Shown here: piece after piece, positions 43,251 through 53,090 of the stretch
Layout: every line of letters begins with the position of its first letter
How positions within the stretch are numbered: position 1 is the stretch's first letter
Source: Opitutales bacterium
GTDB lineage: Bacteria > Verrucomicrobiota > Verrucomicrobiia > Opitutales > UBA2987
NCBI GenBank assembly: GCA_965226885.1
Contig: CBDDEL010000015.1
Location: forward strand, 192,001-256,000
Length of the DNA: 64,000 bases
Reading direction: 5' to 3'
Program-made: the position numbers and the translations under genes
The notes under the pieces: generated by a model
The model's database searches: none
Told to the model about the DNA's origin: nothing
Seen by the model: the letters and a program-made list of their open reading frames with translations, nothing else

Positions 43251-43404
43251 AATATATGATATATAGGAACGTCAAATTACCGAAAAATTTCCAAATAGCA
43301 AGTTTTGGTATGATCCATAAATTGACGATTTTTAGAAATGATCGAAGAAATTAAAAAAACATTTGCCCCCGGCTACACCCCTGATTAATTGGTGGACCCC
43401 GAAG

Positions 43405-44214
43405 ATGGCTATACAATTTCAAATCCTGGGTAGCAGCAGTTCCGGCAACTGCGCCCTTTTGATGACCGAGAACTGCAAAATTCTCATCGATGCCGGTTTT
43501 TCCTGCCGTCAACTAGGCGCTCTTCTGGATTCCTGCGGCCAATCGATGGATCAAATCGATGCTATTTTCCTCACCCACGAGCACACCGATCATTGCAAAG
43601 GCATCGGCGGACTCAACCGGCATGGCCCCCGCAAAGTTTTTGCCAATCACGGAACGGCCAGCGCGGTACAATGTAAACTGGCCTGGCGAGTGGGATGGAA
43701 TTTATTCGAAACCGGCAGTGCGTTTCGCTTCCGGGACCTCGAGGTAACGGCCTTTTCCGTGCCCCACGATGCCTCCGATCCGGTCGGTTATCTCTTTCGC
43801 CAATGCCGGGAGGAGGGCGATCCATCGGGCGGAAGCGTCGCCTGGTGCACCGACCTCGGGCACCTCTCCCATCTCGTCAAGGAGCGGCTACGCAATGCCC
43901 AAATCCTCGTCCTCGAAGCCAACTACGAAACCCGTCTGCTGGACGAAGATCCGCGGCGGCCCTGGTCCGTCAAGCAACGTATAAAAAGCCGCCACGGCCA
44001 CCTCTCCAACGACGCCACCCTCGAATACCTGAAAAGCGCGGAAGACACCGCTTGGCAAAAAGTTTACCTCGCCCACCTGAGCAAAGACTGCAACCAGGTA
44101 AACCTCCTGCAAAACCGCTTGGCGGACTACCCCCTCCGCCAAAAAAACGGAAACCCCCTTGATATAACCGTCGTCGATCCAGCCAACGGCCTCATGCCCC
44201 CCTGCCGAGTTTAA
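43405..44214 (+). CDS. MBL-fold metallo-hydrolase (YycJ/WalJ-like)
   Basis: GSSSSGN, THEHTDH, PHDA, TDLG, GHLSN and AHLS. Confidence 0.88.
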   Translation: MAIQFQILGSSSSGNCALLMTENCKILIDAGFSCRQLGALLDSCGQSMDQIDAIFLTHEHTDHCKGIGGLNRHGPRKVFANHGTASAVQCKLAWRVGWNLFETGSAFRFRDLEVTAFSVPHDASDPVGYLFRQCREEGDPSGGSVAWCTDLGHLSHLVKERLRNAQILVLEANYETRLLDEDPRRPWSVKQRIKSRHGHLSNDATLEYLKSAEDTAWQKVYLAHLSKDCNQVNLLQNRLADYPLRQKNGNPLDITVVDPANGLMPPCRV

Positions 44215-44257
44215 ATACCTGTGAGTGGGGTTTAAGGGTTTATTTTCAAATAAATAT

Positions 44258-44290
44258 TTGACGAGGCCAAATTGTACATTATTTTGTACG
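44258..44290 (+). promoter_or_regulatory. yefM-yoeB promoter/operator
   Basis: TTGACG at 44258-44263, then TGTACA (44273) and TGTACG (44285) 12 bp apart, like the paired TGTACA palindromes of the E. coli yefM-yoeB operator. Confidence 0.7.
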
Positions 44291-44293
44291 CTT

Positions 44294-44545
44294 ATGAAAT
44301 CGATTACCTACACCGCCGCGCGGGAAAATCTGGCGCGGACGATCGATCGGGTTTGTGAGGACCGCGCCCCGGTGATCATTACCAAGAAGAACGACAAGTC
44401 GGTGGTGATGATGGCTTTGGAGGATTTTGAGTCTCTTGAGGAGACCGCCTATTTGCTGCGCAGTCCGAAGAACGCCCGAAGGCTTCTGGAATCGATTCAT
44501 AAACTCGAATTTGGCGAGGGCATGGAAAAAGATTTGGCCGAATGA
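44294..44545 (+). CDS. yefM: Phd/YefM antitoxin
   Basis: YTAARENLA, PVIITK and SLEETAYLLRSPKNARRL. Confidence 0.93.
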   Translation: MKSITYTAARENLARTIDRVCEDRAPVIITKKNDKSVVMMALEDFESLEETAYLLRSPKNARRLLESIHKLEFGEGMEKDLAE

Positions 44546-44546
44546 G

Positions 44547-44801
44547 GTGAAAATCGTCTTCTCCGAACTATCCTGGGAGGATTACCTGCATTGGCAAAAA
44601 ACCAATCGGTCAACCTTGCGCCGCATCAATCGGCTTATCAAAGCAATAACGCGGGATCCGCATGAGGGAATCGGCAAACCCGAATCGCTCAAGCATGCCC
44701 TCTCCGGTTACTGGTCGAGACGGATCGACTGGGAGCACAGGATCGTTTACCGAGTCGCAGGAGACAGGCTCTACATCGCCCAGCTTCGCTATCACTACTA
44801 G
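44547..44801 (+). CDS. yoeB: Txe/YoeB toxin
   Basis: WEDYLHWQ, GIGKPE.LKH, WSRRI..EHR.VY and terminal RYHY; GTG start. Confidence 0.93.
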   Translation: MKIVFSELSWEDYLHWQKTNRSTLRRINRLIKAITRDPHEGIGKPESLKHALSGYWSRRIDWEHRIVYRVAGDRLYIAQLRYHY

Positions 44802-44829
44802 CTTTGGAGCCTGGAGATGCCTCTGTCGC

Positions 44830-45453
44830 TTATTCCGCTACGGCGATGAGTTTGCCCATGTAGGCTTCGGCCCGGGTGAGGCTTTGCAGGTCGTCCACGT
44901 CTTCCAAGGTGGGCAAGATTTTGACCGTCAAGCCCTTCTCTTTAATTCTTTCCAGAGTGACGGGAAAAACGGTTTCGGTACTCCAGGCGATGTCTTCGAA
45001 TAGCCTTGGTTCCGGCCGGTTCAACCCCAGCAGGTAATAACCGCCATCCACCGCCGGGCCGATGACGACTTCGTGCTTTTCGAGTTCCCCGGCGGCCATA
45101 TGGATAAGGTCCGGCGTGACATAGGGGCAGTCCCCGCCCAGAATGATTGCCGAATGGGTCCCTCGTGCGAATGCGTCTTGGGCTGCTTTGGCCATGCGGT
45201 GGCCGAGATCGCCTTCGGGCTGGGGGAAATAGGGGTGGTCCGGCCCCAGCCAGGAATGCATGATGTCCTCGGCCTCAAGGGGCGTGTAATGAATCTCGAA
45301 CGGCCAGCGGGCAGCCAGATTGTCAAAGAGGTGTTCGACCATGGCCCGATAGGCGGCCAGGGCACGCACTTCTCCGATGTCTTCGGCAAGCCGGGTTTTC
45401 ACCCGGCCGACAACGGGTGCCTTTAGGATGAAAAGCAATCTCGGTTTTGGCAT
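44830..45453 (-). CDS. DUF2064 / TIGR04282-type glycosyltransferase-like protein
   Basis: GRVKTRLA, GDLGHRM, GGDCP, GPAVDGGYYLLG and DVDD. Confidence 0.82.
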   Translation of the reverse strand: MPKPRLLFILKAPVVGRVKTRLAEDIGEVRALAAYRAMVEHLFDNLAARWPFEIHYTPLEAEDIMHSWLGPDHPYFPQPEGDLGHRMAKAAQDAFARGTHSAIILGGDCPYVTPDLIHMAAGELEKHEVVIGPAVDGGYYLLGLNRPEPRLFEDIAWSTETVFPVTLERIKEKGLTVKILPTLEDVDDLQSLTRAEAYMGKLIAVAE

Positions 45454-45527
45454 TTTTAAGGATTTAACACAAATCATTCATAAACAAAGAACATCGGGAA
45501 ATTTATTTTATTCCAAATGACACAATA

Positions 45528-46688
45528 TCAGTCGACCCGAAGGTAGCATCCTTTCAAATATTCGCTCTCTGGCATAGTCAACAACACCGGGTGATCGGCT
45601 GGCTGGCCGGTCTGGGCAATGACCTCCACGCGGCGTCCGGCGTCCCCCGCTGCCTGGGCCAAAACCTCCCTAAACAAGGCCCGGTCCACATGGAGGGAGC
45701 AGGAATAGGTGGCCAGAATCCCTCCCGGCTCAAGCATCCGCAAGGCCCGCAGGTTGATTTCCTTGTATCCGCGCAAGGCACCCTCGACCGCCCTGCGATT
45801 GCGGGCGAAAGAGGGAGGGTCGAGGATGATGAGCCCATATTTTTCCTTCCGACGCGCAGTGAAATAGTCGAACAAGTTTTCTTGCACAAAATCCACTTTG
45901 AGGCCATTCCGAACGGCATTCTTATTAGCCAGAGCGACACACTCCGCGGAAATTTCCACCGCCGTGACCGATGCCGCTCCGACCCGCGCGCAATGCAATG
46001 CGAAGGACCCCTGGTTGCAAAAGCCATCGAGCACGTTTCGGCCCTTGGCAAAACTCGCCACTTTTGTGTGCTCTTCCCTTTGGTCGAGGTAAAAGCCCGT
46101 TTTCTGGCCCTTTTGCAGGTCGAGGAAATATTCCATGCCCTCAATGGCAAACCATCCGGGGGACAAATCCCGGCCATCGGCTGTTTTCACTTCCAGGGAA
46201 AGCCCCTCGTGCTGGCGAGTAGGGGCATCGTTACGAAACAGTATCGTTTCGGGCTTTAGCAGGTCTGACAAAATTTCACTAATTACTGGCAGCCGCTGAT
46301 CCACTGCCAGGGTGACGGCTTGAACCACCAGCACTTTATCGAACTGGTCCACAATCAGACCCGGAAGGTCATCGGCCTCCGACCAGACGAGACGACGAAA
46401 AGAGCCATCCGGGCGGCGGCTGACCGCTTTATTAATGGTTCTTTGCAGAAATTCCCGATCAAAAACAGCCCTCGAATCCCGGCTGAACCGGCGCCACACG
46501 ATTTGTGACTGGCTGTTGTAAATGCCGACGCCGAGAAACCGGCCCCGCTCATCTTTCAAGACAACGGACTGGCCATCGAATTCGGGATTGGGTTGGGAGC
46601 GGATTTCACCGGCAAATACCCAGGGATGCCCTTGCCATATTCGCTGACGCCGACCGCTTTTGAGCGTAATTTGAGATGTGTTTTTCAT
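45528..46688 (-). CDS. RlmI-like SAM-dependent rRNA methyltransferase
   Basis: GHPWVF PUA start, GQKTGFYLDQRE, LDPPSFA, TYSCS and EYLKG. Confidence 0.88.
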   Translation of the reverse strand: MKNTSQITLKSGRRQRIWQGHPWVFAGEIRSQPNPEFDGQSVVLKDERGRFLGVGIYNSQSQIVWRRFSRDSRAVFDREFLQRTINKAVSRRPDGSFRRLVWSEADDLPGLIVDQFDKVLVVQAVTLAVDQRLPVISEILSDLLKPETILFRNDAPTRQHEGLSLEVKTADGRDLSPGWFAIEGMEYFLDLQKGQKTGFYLDQREEHTKVASFAKGRNVLDGFCNQGSFALHCARVGAASVTAVEISAECVALANKNAVRNGLKVDFVQENLFDYFTARRKEKYGLIILDPPSFARNRRAVEGALRGYKEINLRALRMLEPGGILATYSCSLHVDRALFREVLAQAAGDAGRRVEVIAQTGQPADHPVLLTMPESEYLKGCYLRVD

Positions 46689-46728
46689 TAAAAATGTTTT
46701 TTAGGACTATTTGTTGCCTTGCCAAGAA

Positions 46729-47841
46729 TTAAATGGCCTTGCGGTGCAGCCAGAGGGCCAGAAGGAGCATGGCCCCGATCGGCAGCCAGGCGGCCGCCAA
46801 GGGGGCCAGTAGTCCGCGTTCTCCCATAATCGTGCACAAGGTGGAGCCGAGGTAATAAAGGAAAAAGAGTCCGAAAGACTTGGCCACCCCAATCATGGCG
46901 TTGACGCGCACCCCGGAAACGGCGAACGGCGCCGCCAACCCGACCACGATCAAGGCGCTGAAGGGATTGGCCAATATGCCGTTGTAACGCACCTCGTAAG
47001 CGCGCAGGCGCGGATCGTCGCCCGCCGACAATTTATCCAAGACTCTCCTCAATTCGAAAAAGGAGAGATCCTTGGGCCGTTTTTCGAGAGCTTTCATGAG
47101 ATTGGGGTCTTCCTGGAAAGCAGGTTCAATTTTGCGATCGAAGGGCAGGGAGCGAATGGGGTCGGAGCCGTCCTTTCCAAAGGTGATCTCCCTGCCATTG
47201 AGAAAAACCCAATGCCCCTCAATATCGTCGAAAAACCCCTCACCAGCCACCAGCCGGGCAGTCTCCCGATTACGCTCATCGAAGGTTGAAACCGTAATGC
47301 CGTAACCCTGGTAGGTGTATTCGCTGAAACGGTTCATGAACCACAGCCGCCGCTCCTGTCGATTGTGGAAGGCGAGGTTGTGAATCAGCCCGACTTGATC
47401 CTCCGGCTGTTCGGAAAGCTGGCTGGAAAATTCCAGGTTTTCCCGAAGCAGACGGGATTGCTCCACCGACCAGGGAACCAGGTGGGCGTTCAGGTAAAGC
47501 AGCAAACCGGTAAAACAGATGCCGGCCAGCCAAAGTGTGCGGGTAATGCGCAGTAGGCTCAGGCCACAGGAATGCATGGCGATAATCTCGTTTCCACTAT
47601 GAAGCCCGCCCAGGCTCATGAGAATGGAAACCAGCAAAGCCAGCGGCAAAACGGTGGGCAGGAAACTCGGTACGAGCAGCCAATAATAGCGGACGATCTC
47701 TCCCGGGCCGGCCCCGAAGCCGAGAAAGTCCGGCAAATCGTCATAGAGGTCTTCGAGCAGGAGCAGGCCAAGGGTCACTCCCAGGGCAAGGACAAAAGTT
47801 TTCAGCCATTCGCTGAGGATGTGGCGGTCGATAAGATTCAC
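46729..47841 (-). CDS. LptF/LptG-family LPS export permease
   Basis: IDRHI, NEIIAM..CGLSL and 3+3 TM layout ending AAWLP. Confidence 0.88.
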   Translation of the reverse strand: MNLIDRHILSEWLKTFVLALGVTLGLLLLEDLYDDLPDFLGFGAGPGEIVRYYWLLVPSFLPTVLPLALLVSILMSLGGLHSGNEIIAMHSCGLSLLRITRTLWLAGICFTGLLLYLNAHLVPWSVEQSRLLRENLEFSSQLSEQPEDQVGLIHNLAFHNRQERRLWFMNRFSEYTYQGYGITVSTFDERNRETARLVAGEGFFDDIEGHWVFLNGREITFGKDGSDPIRSLPFDRKIEPAFQEDPNLMKALEKRPKDLSFFELRRVLDKLSAGDDPRLRAYEVRYNGILANPFSALIVVGLAAPFAVSGVRVNAMIGVAKSFGLFFLYYLGSTLCTIMGERGLLAPLAAAWLPIGAMLLLALWLHRKAI

Positions 47842-47860
47842 AAAATACTATCTAGCTATG

Positions 47861-47896
47861 GGCATGGAGCAGGATGCGGCATGGAGCAGGATGCGG
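47861..47896. repeat. 17-bp tandem duplication in a divergent promoter region
   Basis: ggcatggagcaggatgc occurs twice back to back. Confidence 0.9.
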
Positions 47897-47975
47897 TTAT
47901 AAGCGCAAAAGTGAAAACCTGGCGAGGTAATTTTTTGCTGGCCAACAGGTTGGGAGCCGCTTGAATGACGCCAGT

Positions 47976-49712
47976 ATGGCAAGAGTAAAGGAGTCCTGGA
48001 ATTCTCAATTCGGAGTCATTCTGGCGGTTTCAGGCAGCGCCGTGGGACTAGGGAATTTCCTTCGTTTCCCCGGCCAGGCGGCCCAATATGGGGGAGGGGC
48101 TTTTATGTTGGCCTACTTTGTCGCCTTTCTCCTCATCGGCCTACCCATTTGCTGGGCGGAGTGGACGATGGGTAGGCGGGCTGGTCGAAACGGTTTTAAT
48201 TCCTGCCCCGGCGTCTATGCTTACATTACCCGTCATCCGTTGGGGAAATACGTTGGGGGCTTGGGCATCGTCATACCCATCATTGTTTACGTTTACTATG
48301 TTTATATTGAGGCCTGGTGCCTAGGCTATGCGGTGAACTTCGCCCGCGGGGAGATGGCTTTCCCCACCGCCGCCGCGGCCGGAGAGTTTTGGGGCAATTT
48401 CATCGGTATTGCCAAAAATGGCTCCGCTTTGGGTTTCGGTATCAAAGAAGTGGGCGTTTACCTGTTATTGGCCTTTGCGCTCAATTTTTACTTGATTTAC
48501 CGGGGGTTGGCCAAGGGCATCGAACTTTTTTGCAAATTCGCCATGCCCACCCTCATCGTGCTGGCCTTTATCGTCCTGGTGCGAGTACTTACCCTGGGGT
48601 CGCCGGACCCGGCCAATCCCGGCAACAGCGTTTTCAATGGTCTGGGTTATATGTGGAATCCTTCCAAAATAGTCGTGCAGGAAGCGCGGGAAGATGCCAG
48701 CGGAAAGAGGGTATGGGTCAAAGTGGACGAGTTGATGGAGGCGGAAATCATCGCGGCGAAAAAAGCCGAGTTGGAGGGCTCGAAAGACAAACGTATCGTC
48801 ACAATCACGGTCTGGCGGCAATTGAAAAATCCGCAATTGTGGCTGGCCGCCGCCGGTCAGATATTTTTCTCCCTCTCGGTCGGTTTCGGCATCCTCATGA
48901 CCTACGCCAGTTATCTTAAAAAGACCGATGATGTGGTCCTCAGCGGGCTGACTGCTACCAGCACCAACGAACTTTGTGAAGTGGCCCTGGGCGGACTCAT
49001 TACGATACCGGCGGGATTCGCTTTTTTGGGAGTGGCCGGAGTGGCCGGCCAGAGTACCTTTGCCCTGGGTTTCAACGTGCTGCCGATGGTCTTTTACAAT
49101 ATGCCCGCGGGGCAGTTTTTCGGTTTTCTCTTTTTCTTCCTCTTGTTTTTGGCGGCGGTCACCAGTTCACTTTCCATGGTGCAGCCGGGCATCGCCTTTC
49201 TGGAGGAGGCCATGGATATTAACCGCAAACAATCGGTCGCTATTCTGGGAATCATCACCGCTTTCGGGACCGGTTTCGTGGTTTATTTCAGCGAAAACAT
49301 CAAGGCCCTCGACACCCTCGATTTTTGGGCCGGCACCTTTTTGATTTTTATTTTGGCCACCCTGCAGATCATCACCTTTGCCTGGATTCTGGGACTGGAT
49401 GAGGGCTTCAAGGAAGCCCATCAGGGCGCAGCCATACGCATCCCGCGAATTTACAGGGTGATTATGAAATATATCTGCCCTCTGTTCTTGCTGACCGTTT
49501 TTGTTCTTTGGGTGATCGTCAATGTATTCGGATACAGCTTTGAAACGGGGGAAGCCAACGTCAGCGGGTACATCAAGGATCTGGTGGGAAAAGACTCCGA
49601 CGTGGTTGCGCAAATGAGCATCGGTCTTATTTTGGCTGTGGCCGCCTTCGTGGCCATCATCATATCGCGAGTCAAACGTTATAAAGATATAATTTCGATA
49701 AAACAGCAATAA
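47976..49712 (+). CDS. Sodium-dependent transporter, NSS/SNF family
   Basis: GSAVGLGNFLRFP, GGGAF, QIFFSLSVGFG and AAVTSSLS. Confidence 0.93.
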   Translation: MARVKESWNSQFGVILAVSGSAVGLGNFLRFPGQAAQYGGGAFMLAYFVAFLLIGLPICWAEWTMGRRAGRNGFNSCPGVYAYITRHPLGKYVGGLGIVIPIIVYVYYVYIEAWCLGYAVNFARGEMAFPTAAAAGEFWGNFIGIAKNGSALGFGIKEVGVYLLLAFALNFYLIYRGLAKGIELFCKFAMPTLIVLAFIVLVRVLTLGSPDPANPGNSVFNGLGYMWNPSKIVVQEAREDASGKRVWVKVDELMEAEIIAAKKAELEGSKDKRIVTITVWRQLKNPQLWLAAAGQIFFSLSVGFGILMTYASYLKKTDDVVLSGLTATSTNELCEVALGGLITIPAGFAFLGVAGVAGQSTFALGFNVLPMVFYNMPAGQFFGFLFFFLLFLAAVTSSLSMVQPGIAFLEEAMDINRKQSVAILGIITAFGTGFVVYFSENIKALDTLDFWAGTFLIFILATLQIITFAWILGLDEGFKEAHQGAAIRIPRIYRVIMKYICPLFLLTVFVLWVIVNVFGYSFETGEANVSGYIKDLVGKDSDVVAQMSIGLILAVAAFVAIIISRVKRYKDIISIKQQ

Positions 49713-49727
49713 CGGGAGAAAAGAAAA

Positions 49728-49883
49728 ATGACATTGGGAGGCTGGATAATATTACTGACTTCGGTGACCTGCGTAACGGTTCTCTTTGTCTGGTGCGTTT
49801 ATAAGGTATTTTCCATTCCGGGTGAAACGGAACACATGTACGGTGTCGAGTTTCAAACCCCGGATGAAAAAGACGATGAGTAG
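49728..49883 (+). CDS. 51-aa single-TM protein, candidate small subunit of the NSS transporter
   Basis: Not in the ORF track. GGAG Shine-Dalgarno, then MTLGGWIILLTSVTCVTVLFVWCVYKVFSIPGETEHMYGVEFQTPDEKDDE. Confidence 0.72.
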   Translation: MTLGGWIILLTSVTCVTVLFVWCVYKVFSIPGETEHMYGVEFQTPDEKDDE

Positions 49884-49894
49884 CCCAGCCTGGA

Positions 49895-50584
49895 TCAGGC
49901 TCCATTGAGGAGGGCAAAAACCTCAGCTGTTTGAGTAAAATCGTCCAGCAATAAGGTAGGGTGGCAGGCGGCCAGTTTTTCCCTGCTGTGAAAACCGGTG
50001 GCCACGGCTATGGTGGAAGCCCCGATGGCCTTGCCGCACGAGATATCCCTGGTCGTGTCTCCAATCACATAGACCCTGGATGGCTGCGTTTCAAAATCGT
50101 GGTTATGGACCCGCCGCGCCCGTTCCAGGGCGATGGGCCCGAGTGCATTGCGGTCGGAGCTGTCCTCCCCGAACGCACCGAAGTCAAAGTAATGGTTCAG
50201 ATCAAAGCAATCGAGCTTGACCCGGGCCGCCTCGCTCAGATTTCCCGTCAATAAACCCTGAAAGATATTCGGGCGCCGGGCGGCTGTTTGCAAAAAGGAT
50301 TCCACCCCGTCATAGGTGTGAATTCTCCCCAGGCCCATTTCCGTTTTTAGGCGTTCAATGTAACGAGCGCCACATTTCCGGATATGATTTTCCGAATTTT
50401 CCACATTGTGCCGGGGAAGAAGCCATTCCAACAGTTGGCGGTCGGTGCACCCGGCTATCTCGAACCCATCAAAAGAAGCCTCCACCGCGAAGCAATCTTT
50501 CATGGCCTGGAGCATGGCCCTCCGGCCGGCCCCATCGGCATTGACGAGGGTTCCGTCAATATCCCAAAGAAGGAGTGAATTCAT
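49895..50584 (-). CDS. HAD-family hydrolase
   Basis: WDIDGTL, LLTGN and IGDTTRD. Confidence 0.9.
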   Translation of the reverse strand: MNSLLLWDIDGTLVNADGAGRRAMLQAMKDCFAVEASFDGFEIAGCTDRQLLEWLLPRHNVENSENHIRKCGARYIERLKTEMGLGRIHTYDGVESFLQTAARRPNIFQGLLTGNLSEAARVKLDCFDLNHYFDFGAFGEDSSDRNALGPIALERARRVHNHDFETQPSRVYVIGDTTRDISCGKAIGASTIAVATGFHSREKLAACHPTLLLDDFTQTAEVFALLNGA

Positions 50585-50590
50585 TGTTTG

Positions 50591-51913
50591 TTAATCGATC
50601 ATTTCGAGGATGGTTCCTTCGACAAATTCGGCTCCGGCCCGGTCGAGCTTCACCCGGGCCCGGCGGTTGGTTAAATCTTTTGCCGAGGAGCAAACCACCC
50701 GGATGTAATTGCCGGTGTAGCCGGGCCAAAGACCGTCGCGCCGGTCCTCGAAGAGAACCTCCAGGGTCCGGCCCACATGCCTTTCATAATAATCATACCT
50801 TTTTTGAGCCCCCAAACGGCGCAGGTAAGCGCAGCGGCGGCGGCGTTCGGCCACAGGCACCTGCTCTGCCCGCTTGGCCGCAATGGTACCGTCTCTCTCC
50901 GAATACGGGAAAACATGGCAATAGGCTAAAGGGTTGTTGAGAAATGTGCGGCAAGTTTCTGCAAATTCCTCCTCTCCCTCGCCGGGAAACCCGACCAGGA
51001 TATCGGTCCCGATGCACAGGTCCGGCACAGTTTCAGCGGCTTGTGCAATAAATTCCGTGAATTCCTCCACCGTGTATTTGCGTCTCATTTGCCGCAGTAC
51101 CTTGTTGCAGCCGCTTTGCAATGGGATATGCAGGTAAGGAAGCAAGGCATGGTGCGACGAGCCCATCCGCTCGAAAAGCGCGGTCGGGATAGTGGTCGGC
51201 TCGATGCTGCTGATGCGGATACGCTCAATGCCCTCAATGGCATCCAGGCGGTCAACCAGGGAAACGATGTCCTGCCCATGGCTGGAATAGGTGCCTATAT
51301 TGACTCCGGTGAGCACAATCTCCCTGACTCCCCGCGCGCCCAGAGATTGAGCCTCGGCCAGAAGGTTGTGGCAATCCCGGCTGCGGGCGCGGCCCCGGGC
51401 AAAGGGTATGACGCAGAAGGAGCACATAAAATCGCAACCGTCCTGGATTTTAAGGTTGGCCCTCTTGTTGAATGGCTGATCGCCGACGAACGAGATGGAA
51501 AAATCGCCGCGGTCGATACGCTCGCGCACGATGACCGGCCGTTCGTTTTTACCAAATTCCACATAATCGAGCACACTGAGCTTTTCCTGGTTGCCGATGA
51601 TGAGGTCCACCCCCGGAATTTCGGCAATGGCGCGGGCTCCCATTTGGGAATAACAGCCCACCACGGCGGTGAAGGCTTGAGGGTTGCGCCGGATGAATTG
51701 GCGGATGGCCTGCCGGCACTTGGCCTCGGCCTCTCGGGTGACGGTGCAGGTGTTGATGATGCCCAAATCGGCCCACTCCCCGAAGGGCGCCATGTCATAA
51801 CCGGCCCCGGCCAGTTTTTCCCGAATCAACTGGCTTTCGGACTGGTTCAACCGGCAACCCAGGGTATGTACAGAGGCCCGCCGGGTTCGGATCTGGGTCA
51901 AATTAGAAACCAT
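50591..51913 (-). CDS. mtaB: tRNA t6A37 methylthiotransferase
   Basis: TLGCRLNQSES, INTCTVT, KIQDGCDFMCSFC radical-SAM motif, HVFPYS; C-terminal TRAM-like region. Confidence 0.9.
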   Translation of the reverse strand: MVSNLTQIRTRRASVHTLGCRLNQSESQLIREKLAGAGYDMAPFGEWADLGIINTCTVTREAEAKCRQAIRQFIRRNPQAFTAVVGCYSQMGARAIAEIPGVDLIIGNQEKLSVLDYVEFGKNERPVIVRERIDRGDFSISFVGDQPFNKRANLKIQDGCDFMCSFCVIPFARGRARSRDCHNLLAEAQSLGARGVREIVLTGVNIGTYSSHGQDIVSLVDRLDAIEGIERIRISSIEPTTIPTALFERMGSSHHALLPYLHIPLQSGCNKVLRQMRRKYTVEEFTEFIAQAAETVPDLCIGTDILVGFPGEGEEEFAETCRTFLNNPLAYCHVFPYSERDGTIAAKRAEQVPVAERRRRCAYLRRLGAQKRYDYYERHVGRTLEVLFEDRRDGLWPGYTGNYIRVVCSSAKDLTNRRARVKLDRAGAEFVEGTILEMID

Positions 51914-52025
51914 GATCGGATGCTAAGATAACTCGGGCCGGTTTTTCAAAGAGAAATCTCACTCATTGCCCGGCCGGCTGGAAACGGATTGCCTCCCGAA
52001 TCCGGTTTAAACTGGCAAAAATAAA

Positions 52026-52418
52026 TCAGGAAGGAATGAGCAATTCCCGAAAAGCCTCAATGGTGAGGGCGAATTCTATTTCAATCTGTTCGGCAATAGC
52101 GTCGAGATCGGCTAAGCTTCCATCATTGATGTTGTTTTCCAGCAATATGGAGAGCTTGGAAATCCTATTGCCGCCCATATTAGAACTGCTTCCGGCAACC
52201 GCATGGGCAAGTTTAGCCGCCTCAGCCCAGTCTCCTCTGGCAATTGCCGGGCGAATCCGTTCCACCCGCGCAGTGTTGTCCTGGCAATAAAGGTCGAGCA
52301 GTTCCTGCAATAGTTCCGGCTCGCACTCCAACGCCGTTTCCCGCAACATTTCCACCTGATTATTGTCTAGAAGGGGTTCATCGCTTTCAATGAAAGCCGC
52401 TGCCACAGATGTATTCAT
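52026..52418 (-). CDS. Stand-alone Hpt (histidine phosphotransfer) protein
   Basis: AHAVAGSSSNMGG motif in a helical acidic protein. Confidence 0.82.
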   Translation of the reverse strand: MNTSVAAAFIESDEPLLDNNQVEMLRETALECEPELLQELLDLYCQDNTARVERIRPAIARGDWAEAAKLAHAVAGSSSNMGGNRISKLSILLENNINDGSLADLDAIAEQIEIEFALTIEAFRELLIPS

Positions 52419-52614
52419 TTCTAAGAGACATCGTATTTTTCAGCACTAAATTAAGAATTATTGCCATTTATTAATGCCCCACAAAGCGCTTCAGGTTCGA
52501 CGGGACAGGCAAAACAAAGTCCTTGCATTTGCTTGAAATCGAGGGAAACCCTATTAATTTCGCAATAAAACCAATCCGTCTGCTCGATTCATTACAACTA
52601 GTGATTTGCCCGCA

Positions 52615-53052
52615 ATGAGTGATTCAGCCAAAAAAGAAGCGATAGATATTCTGCGTCTCACGAATCAGGATACGCTCAAGGCTCTGGAAATCATTGAGCG
52701 GCAGCTATTTGTCATTTATACGCGGGCCCAGGTGTTGGTCAGTCTGGCCGGGGTGGTAATAACCGTAACGGGTTTTTCGGGCCGCACAATTGCCGGCACA
52801 TCCCTGCCTGCCCAATTGCTCATCATCGGCGGCTTGGCAACGGTACTGGGCTGCGTCATCTGGATTTACATGAATGTGATGAAAATCAACTGGTCCACAT
52901 CGGCCTTGTGTGAGGATCCCGTGGATTGCCTGATGAATCTCATTGAGCGCCGAAACAAAAAAACCCAAGCTTATTTGGTGGGCGGACATATTTTCTTTAT
53001 CGCCCTCTACTGCATTTCGGTTTCCCTCATGCTGCTCAGTCCGGGAAATTGA
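52615..53052 (+). CDS. Hypothetical membrane protein
   Basis: About three hydrophobic segments; no family recognised. Confidence 0.6.
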   Translation: MSDSAKKEAIDILRLTNQDTLKALEIIERQLFVIYTRAQVLVSLAGVVITVTGFSGRTIAGTSLPAQLLIIGGLATVLGCVIWIYMNVMKINWSTSALCEDPVDCLMNLIERRNKKTQAYLVGGHIFFIALYCISVSLMLLSPGN

Positions 53053-53090
53053 GAAATGACCCGTCCCCCCGAGTGGGGGAAAAATCAAAA

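Noticed and set aside
44830..45453. Arsenosugar biosynthesis cluster
   Set aside because: Only the DUF2064-type gene is present; no partner radical-SAM, methyltransferase or glycosyltransferase genes are adjacent.
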